DNA of 64,000 nucleotides from Polyangia bacterium (GTDB lineage Bacteria; Myxococcota_A; Polyangia; JAAYKL01): NCBI GenBank assembly GCA_050287845.1, contig JBNKCR010000030.1, positions 27,019 to 91,018 of the forward strand, read 5' to 3'. Shown piece by piece: positions 58,397 to 64,000 of this stretch (position 1 is its first letter; each line of letters starts with the position of its first letter). The notes under the pieces were generated by a model. It saw only the letters and a program-made list of their open reading frames with translations, ran no database searches and was not told where the DNA came from. The position numbers and the translations under genes were made by a program.

Positions 58397-58597
58397 ATGA
58401 CTGAAGCAAAACCGATTTACTGCGCATTCTGCAATTATCTGGCAATCATGCGCATCAATGAAATTCCCCATTGCCGTGGATGTGCGATAAAAGCCGTACA
58501 TCAGAATTCCATTCAGAAAGTACAGAAGCTGGCGCGACCGTTACGGGTGGTCCGGCAGGAAAATATGCCCATCCTCCGAAAAGAAGACCTCCGGTAG
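58397..58597 (+). CDS. Small putative zinc-finger protein
   Basis: Strong AGGAGG RBS; CAFC...CRGC. Confidence 0.55.
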   Translation: MTEAKPIYCAFCNYLAIMRINEIPHCRGCAIKAVHQNSIQKVQKLARPLRVVRQENMPILRKEDLR

Positions 58598-58626
58598 CGA
58601 ATCACACATGCGTTCCCGGCTCCTTA

Positions 58627-60924
58627 TCAAATCCCAACTGCGAACTGGTTGCAAGTGGTGAACGGAATGGTCTGATGAAGTTCTTCAGTGGCGTCGACAC
58701 TGCCCTGAATGTGCTGCAGAAAAAGCGCAATGATTTCTTTTTTCCCCCGGACACTCGTGGTTCCGGTGGCTATCTGTTTTAAATCGATGAGAAATGATGA
58801 GAACACATTGGGTATCTCCTTTGCCACTGCCGTGTTCAGATAATGTCGTTCAGAGTAAACGCGATGGTAGTTTTTTTCGCGTTTTTCTATCCGAGCTGCA
58901 ACGCCCATCATGTTCACTATGGATGCGGTTCTGGAGCACGAGGCAAGGCATCGGTTATCCACCTGCGTCTTCTGGCAACCATCCACATGATGAAACAGAC
59001 ATTGCCTGCTGGTCATGAGGGTGATGGGGTGGAAAATGCTGAAGTGCAGCGCCATGCCCGTCACCCGGGGAATGCTTTTCAGCTGCGCCGCATTCAACTC
59101 ATTTGAGAGAAAAACACCGCTGCAGTTGAAGGTATCTTTCAAACATTGCAGGGTGAAGGAATTGGCGACGTTCATATATGGCCCGGCAGTCCAGGGAATC
59201 TGCCGCTTAAAAGCGGCATGGGCCACTCCCGAATTATTCGTAACAATATGGGAAGGACGCAGCGCTTCCAGCAGTGCCACCGCAGCAGCGTAGTCATCAC
59301 CGATAAGCACCGCGGGAAACCATGGCGTGACATCCGGCCAGTTTCGCAGCCGCGCGACGTACGATTTCCAGTTGTAGGCCAGATGATCCGGCAACTCGAA
59401 ATATACCGCCACATCCATTTCACTGCACAGGGCCAAATCCGATTCGTCTGAGATCAATACGGACAGCTGCGGGGAAACCGGACCACTATCAGATGGGGGG
59501 GCTTCCGAAAGCTCAACCGGCGCCACCTGTGGCCGGTTGCCGTTCAGGTGATAGAGAATTTTATCCTTCAGACGCACAATTTCCTCGTATCCGATACACA
59601 AGCCGGCATCCAGCCGTTCCATCTTCACATCAGTTATATAATATGCAGAGGCATTGATGCTGCGCAGTTTGTGGAGAAACAGCTTTTTATTCAGTTGATT
59701 GTGGGGCGTCGCAGAAGAATCTGCATCATCTGAAGGCGGACGTTCAGATATAAACAACGCAGCGTCGGAAACCACATCGAACATGACATCCGGCGTAATC
59801 ACCGTTATACAAAGGGGCGCACCTGCTTTTCCGGATACCTGTATTTCCAGCGGCACTCTGGCAATGCTCAGTTGGGATACTTTTTCTTTCACTTCTTCAA
59901 TGAGCGTCTTTTTCCCATCGTTCACAATCTGGTTCACCCGTTTTATTTCGTTATATCTCACTGCACCACTCTGTTTTAAAAAATATCGGGCAGAATTGTC
60001 TTTGGGATTGTCAATGAACATATCGCTGTGAATTTCACCGGTTAAGTAACCATCGGTGAAATCCCGATTGTAAACGGTACGCAATGCCACCTCGCTCTCA
60101 CTGAGGGGCAACCCGTTGTACAATCGCTGCAACTCCTGCTGCCATATTTGAACCACCCGGTACACATAATTGGATTTTTTGATACGCCCTTCAATTTTCA
60201 ACGCATCGACACCGGCATCCGAAAGTTGCCGCAAATTTAAAAATGCCGTGTTGTCCTTCAGGTTCAAAGGAAATCGCCACCCCTGTTCGGTCAACTCGTA
60301 TTCTTCCCGGCAAGGCTGACTGCAGCGCCCCCGATTACCCGAGTTTCCGTAGCAGACCGAGCTCATATAACACAACCCCGAAAACGACAGACAATTGGCG
60401 CCATGCACAAACACTTCGATTTCCACGCCCAGCTGATGGCCGACTTGTGTCAGGTATTTTATTTCGTCGATATTCAGCTCTCGGCACAGATTGGCTCGAA
60501 CCGCAAAAAGTGCGCTGAGGAATGCCAGTTGCCCCTCATTATGAGTTGTCAGCTGGGTGGATGCGTGAATTCGGATGTCCGGAAAATGGGTACGTATCAG
60601 GTAGAGCAACCCAATGTCCTGCACAATGACCCCATCCACCCGGGCATTGGCCAGCCGATGCAGAATGCGCGCGACTCTGGGCAACTCACTTTCCAGCAAA
60701 ATAATGTTCAATGTAACAAAAATCTGACAATGGTGCTGATGAGCCAGGTACACCACCGACGCCATGTCGTCGATGGGCACATTCGCGGCCCGATCTCTGG
60801 CACTGAATTTTTCAAGACCACAATATACCGCATCCGCTCCGGCGAGAATCGCGGCTTTAATGGCGTCAATACCACCTCCGGGAGCCAGCAGTTCCATTTT
60901 TCGTACGTCAGTTGAATCGGTCAT
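58627..60924 (-). CDS. Peptidase U32 family protein (RlhA-like RNA hydroxylase)
   Basis: ELLAP.G, GADAVY.G, HASTQ, E.FVHGA.C...SG.C..S, NRGRCSQPCR and KIEGR motifs; long C-terminal second barrel. Confidence 0.88.
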   Translation of the reverse strand: MTDSTDVRKMELLAPGGGIDAIKAAILAGADAVYCGLEKFSARDRAANVPIDDMASVVYLAHQHHCQIFVTLNIILLESELPRVARILHRLANARVDGVIVQDIGLLYLIRTHFPDIRIHASTQLTTHNEGQLAFLSALFAVRANLCRELNIDEIKYLTQVGHQLGVEIEVFVHGANCLSFSGLCYMSSVCYGNSGNRGRCSQPCREEYELTEQGWRFPLNLKDNTAFLNLRQLSDAGVDALKIEGRIKKSNYVYRVVQIWQQELQRLYNGLPLSESEVALRTVYNRDFTDGYLTGEIHSDMFIDNPKDNSARYFLKQSGAVRYNEIKRVNQIVNDGKKTLIEEVKEKVSQLSIARVPLEIQVSGKAGAPLCITVITPDVMFDVVSDAALFISERPPSDDADSSATPHNQLNKKLFLHKLRSINASAYYITDVKMERLDAGLCIGYEEIVRLKDKILYHLNGNRPQVAPVELSEAPPSDSGPVSPQLSVLISDESDLALCSEMDVAVYFELPDHLAYNWKSYVARLRNWPDVTPWFPAVLIGDDYAAAVALLEALRPSHIVTNNSGVAHAAFKRQIPWTAGPYMNVANSFTLQCLKDTFNCSGVFLSNELNAAQLKSIPRVTGMALHFSIFHPITLMTSRQCLFHHVDGCQKTQVDNRCLASCSRTASIVNMMGVAARIEKREKNYHRVYSERHYLNTAVAKEIPNVFSSFLIDLKQIATGTTSVRGKKEIIALFLQHIQGSVDATEELHQTIPFTTCNQFAVGI

Positions 60925-60984
60925 CGTCGTGGTGGGCGTCGCGCTGGTTTGAACATTGATTTCAAACTGGAATCATCATCCCGA

Positions 60985-62724
60985 TTACAACCGCGAGCAC
61001 GCGGCCACATCTCTGGCATCGCGTATTGCGGTAAGGGGACTGGGAAATGATGAATCGGACCCATGATCTGAAGCCTTCAATGGCTTGCGGGTAACACGGC
61101 CTTGTGAATAGTGCGTGCAGATGGTTCGCGGTTGTCGCATATCGCCCTTGGTGCGAACGCGCATTTTCCAGTATACGGCGGCAATCCGGGCGCCAATCGC
61201 CAGCAGTCTGGCACTCAATGGCAAGGGTCCGAGTAACGCGGTTATCTCCTTCTGGAGGTCTTTAGCTCTTCGCTGCTCCGCCGGTGGCGCATTGGTTTTA
61301 AGCACTTCGAGCATGGGACGATATTCCTGGGTGCGCTCCATCGCCTGCTGCATCCGCACGTCCAGATGCGGGTTGCCGTTCTGCATTGCGGACAACGTTT
61401 TGTACCCGCGAAAGGACGTTTCAACCATGCGATACACAGAACTGAAATTGGCCTCGTACTCCATTTTAAACGCGCGATTCAACCATTGTTCCGCCGTGTC
61501 TCCCGGAAAAGCGGGATGGCGCCAGTTCAACACCTGCTGGCCGTGCCAGTCTTCGAACGGCAAGTCATTGCGAATCAGGCCCTTTGCCTTCAGCCGCGTG
61601 TACAGGGCGGTCACCGGCAATGGCGTATACAGCATGAACTGCACCAGATCGGCATTGAGCTCAGTCATGAAATCAATATCTTCCTGTATGTTCGACGGGG
61701 TGTGTTCTTCCAGACACAGAATGCCGGAAGCCAGCACCGACACACCCACATCCCGCAACTGCTGCACCAGCGCGGGGCCGTGGATGGCATTGTTTTTCTC
61801 GTAATTTCCCTGTCGGCTTTTGGTTTCAAACCCAATCCAGATAAAAATCACGCCCAATCGCACCAGATTATCGATGCCAATGCCGGCAATGGTTTCCGCT
61901 GATGAAAAAAGATAAAACTTGAAGTATCGCTGGTTCCGTTCCATTTCCTCGATGAGCGCCAGAGCGCGCTCTTTATCTTTCAGAAAGTTTTCGTCCATCA
62001 CAAAAAAATTGTCTGTGCCCCGCTCGTCGGCAAGGCGACAGCAAGTATCGAATATTTCTTTTCCGGTGCCCAAAAAGGGCGTGTAGCGCTTTCCAAAGTA
62101 ATGCGATGTCGCACAGAAGTTGCACCCATTGACGCAACCGACACCGGGAACCAGTAGACTGTTGGTTTTTCCCGGAATGGGCACCCCGTACACGGATTGC
62201 CAGTCGGATGCGGGCAATGTGGGGTGAATGATGGGCGCATCCACATCCTGTCCCAGGTGTTGCCGAAACCACCGGATGCCCTCCCCTTTCACCACATGGT
62301 CACAATCAATCAATGATTCAACCCCCTCAATCGCCGCGCCGTGTCCCCCCAGTACAATCTCCGCGTCGGGCGCCGACTCGCGACACACCCGGGCCATTTC
62401 TCTGGCTTTTTTGAAATTGGGAGTGATGAACGAAATACCAATGATGTCGTAGCCCTTTTTCACTTCTTTTTCAAACCGACGGCGCGATGGAAAATCGAGC
62501 ACCGTAACATCGGCATTGAGATTGGCGGCCATGAAGTACAGTCCGAATGACCGATGGTGCAATCGAAACGATGCCAACCCCTGTCCTTTGGTCACCTGAT
62601 TGTGAAACAGTTCCATGATATTTTTGGCGCGACCGAATTCGTCGTCCACGCCGTAGGGACCGAAGACGCCTGAAAGCAGTATCCGCGGCGTTCTGGATGG
62701 GGTGTGGTGAAGATGTGTCATCAA
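60985..62724 (-). CDS. Cobalamin-binding radical SAM protein
   Basis: N-terminal B12-binding region (GISF...VLGGHG..GEG); GCVNGCNFC; DENF, IGFE and TPLP.T.LY motifs. Confidence 0.88.
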   Translation of the reverse strand: MMTHLHHTPSRTPRILLSGVFGPYGVDDEFGRAKNIMELFHNQVTKGQGLASFRLHHRSFGLYFMAANLNADVTVLDFPSRRRFEKEVKKGYDIIGISFITPNFKKAREMARVCRESAPDAEIVLGGHGAAIEGVESLIDCDHVVKGEGIRWFRQHLGQDVDAPIIHPTLPASDWQSVYGVPIPGKTNSLLVPGVGCVNGCNFCATSHYFGKRYTPFLGTGKEIFDTCCRLADERGTDNFFVMDENFLKDKERALALIEEMERNQRYFKFYLFSSAETIAGIGIDNLVRLGVIFIWIGFETKSRQGNYEKNNAIHGPALVQQLRDVGVSVLASGILCLEEHTPSNIQEDIDFMTELNADLVQFMLYTPLPVTALYTRLKAKGLIRNDLPFEDWHGQQVLNWRHPAFPGDTAEQWLNRAFKMEYEANFSSVYRMVETSFRGYKTLSAMQNGNPHLDVRMQQAMERTQEYRPMLEVLKTNAPPAEQRRAKDLQKEITALLGPLPLSARLLAIGARIAAVYWKMRVRTKGDMRQPRTICTHYSQGRVTRKPLKASDHGSDSSFPSPLTAIRDARDVAACSRL

Positions 62725-62985
62725 TTTTTCGACCTTTACCTGAACGTTTTGGTGGAGAGGGTATGGGAATATGCGAATTGTCTGAATTGAGGTGATATTT
62801 CCAAGCCTGTCACTTTAAATGTCGGACGCAGATATCATCATTGAATCACGGTTCTGTCATGGAATCATTTTTTTCTGTATCCACGTTTTGCTCAATAGGC
62901 GATATACACAACCCCAGGTCCTTATGTACCCGGTAAACAGCGAATAGGATTCATTCAATACTGTGATACCGAACAGTGAATGGTT

Positions 62986-63813
62986 CTACAGGTCCGATTT
63001 TTCCGTATCAACGGGGAAGAATTGATTCTGTGAATCCTTGCATCCATGATGCAGTTTCCACATTTCTGCATGCCCGATTTTTATCGCCCAATCCGGAGGC
63101 GTACATTCGTCGCTGTCAGATTCCAGTCGAACCGCTTTTTCCCTGGCCAGGGTCCGGGAATAGCGAGAGATAATCGGAAAGGAGATTATTATCAGAAGTG
63201 CATAGGTGACCACAGCGGCAACCTGCGCGATTGTAAGGGTTTTCAGGTAAGAGTGCCGGACTGTACAAACACCTCCCGGGCAATATCGTGTCTGTTTTCT
63301 TAACACCAGATTATACAGTTTACACGCCAGGCATATGCCAAATGCCGATTCGCAGAACAACATAATCAGACAGGTCGCGCAGACAACCAGATTCAGGGGA
63401 CCTTTAACATCATTCACAACCAGCAGATATGACATCACAACCGCAAGGAGCAATCCAAAGGTCCAGGCAAATCGTTTGGGGGCGGCATCCACATATTCCG
63501 GATTCTGGCCGGAAACAATAAGCCGACCAACAACGAGACTCGGTGCAAATTCCGGATTCACAAGCACTCGGACTATGAAGTCCAACCCGAATGCCACGAC
63601 AAATATTTTGGTATATAGAAATTCCCCCACCAGCCAGGAATGCATGAATGACACCAGTGCCAGAAAGAAGAAAATACCTGCACTGGCCCGAACTTCTCTC
63701 TCATTCAACACAGGCACATCGTACCCATCCACAATTTTTCCAAACCACAACACGCTATACCCTATTCCGTTCTCCTGGATGCGCGCGGGCATAGCCCTGA
63801 CGATCTTTATCAT
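62986..63813 (-). CDS. DUF4395-family membrane protein
   Basis: NEREVRA.AG, PKRFAW..G and C..CL.....ESAFGICL.C..Y motifs. Confidence 0.8.
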   Translation of the reverse strand: MIKIVRAMPARIQENGIGYSVLWFGKIVDGYDVPVLNEREVRASAGIFFFLALVSFMHSWLVGEFLYTKIFVVAFGLDFIVRVLVNPEFAPSLVVGRLIVSGQNPEYVDAAPKRFAWTFGLLLAVVMSYLLVVNDVKGPLNLVVCATCLIMLFCESAFGICLACKLYNLVLRKQTRYCPGGVCTVRHSYLKTLTIAQVAAVVTYALLIIISFPIISRYSRTLAREKAVRLESDSDECTPPDWAIKIGHAEMWKLHHGCKDSQNQFFPVDTEKSDL

Positions 63814-63950
63814 TGATTACTACAACACCTCTGTGCCCTTTTCAAGGCAAAGGCCGTCTGAGCTATTCGAGGTGTACCAATTTCGAAAACGAGACGATGC
63901 AACAATTCGGATACAGAATTAAGTTGGGCCAGTAATTTAGGGAAACAGAG

Positions 63951-63999
63951 CCGCTGTGGTGAGGAACGAGCGTAGCGAGTGTCTCGAACCGCGCGGCGG
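63951..63999. repeat. REP-like GC-rich hairpin at the window edge
   Basis: CCGCTGTGGT-GAG..CGAGCGTAGCGAG..CTC-GAACCGCGCGGCGG imperfect stem-loop. Confidence 0.4.
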
Positions 64000-64000
64000 A

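Overview
A gene-dense bacterial chromosomal window, most likely from an anaerobic or facultative Myxococcota/deltaproteobacterium. This is inferred from the Agl/Glt-like motor cluster, Myxococcus-type cysteine-rich repeats, a rubredoxin fusion and a PPi-dependent PFK. No transposase, integrase, prophage, rRNA or CRISPR array is visible. From left to right: (1) 1-5.1 kb, a cluster of secreted or lipoprotein peptidases around a small protein with a Shiga-toxin-B-like sequence pattern. (2) 5-29 kb, mixed housekeeping and envelope genes, including mutM, a peptidase/beta-propeller/Omp85 protein, a degenerate class II aldolase paralog, tRNA-Leu(GAG) followed by an RfaH/UpxY paralog, an orphan khpA, a sphingomyelin-synthase-like gene, pfp and bcp. 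(3) 29.4-46.6 kb, a single-locus Agl/Glt-core-like TPR/ExbB/ExbD/TonB machine that ends in an outer-membrane barrel and a short Wza/OPX gene, with a divergent ECF sigma/anti-sigma pair. (4) 48-51 kb, a pseudo-M1-peptidase/Omp85 fusion. (5) 51.3-55.4 kb, a hexuronate operon whose GntR/FadR repressor is fused in frame to glucuronate isomerase, with a matching operator upstream. (6) Redox, RNA-modification and radical SAM genes. All family calls come from motif recognition by eye; no searches were run.
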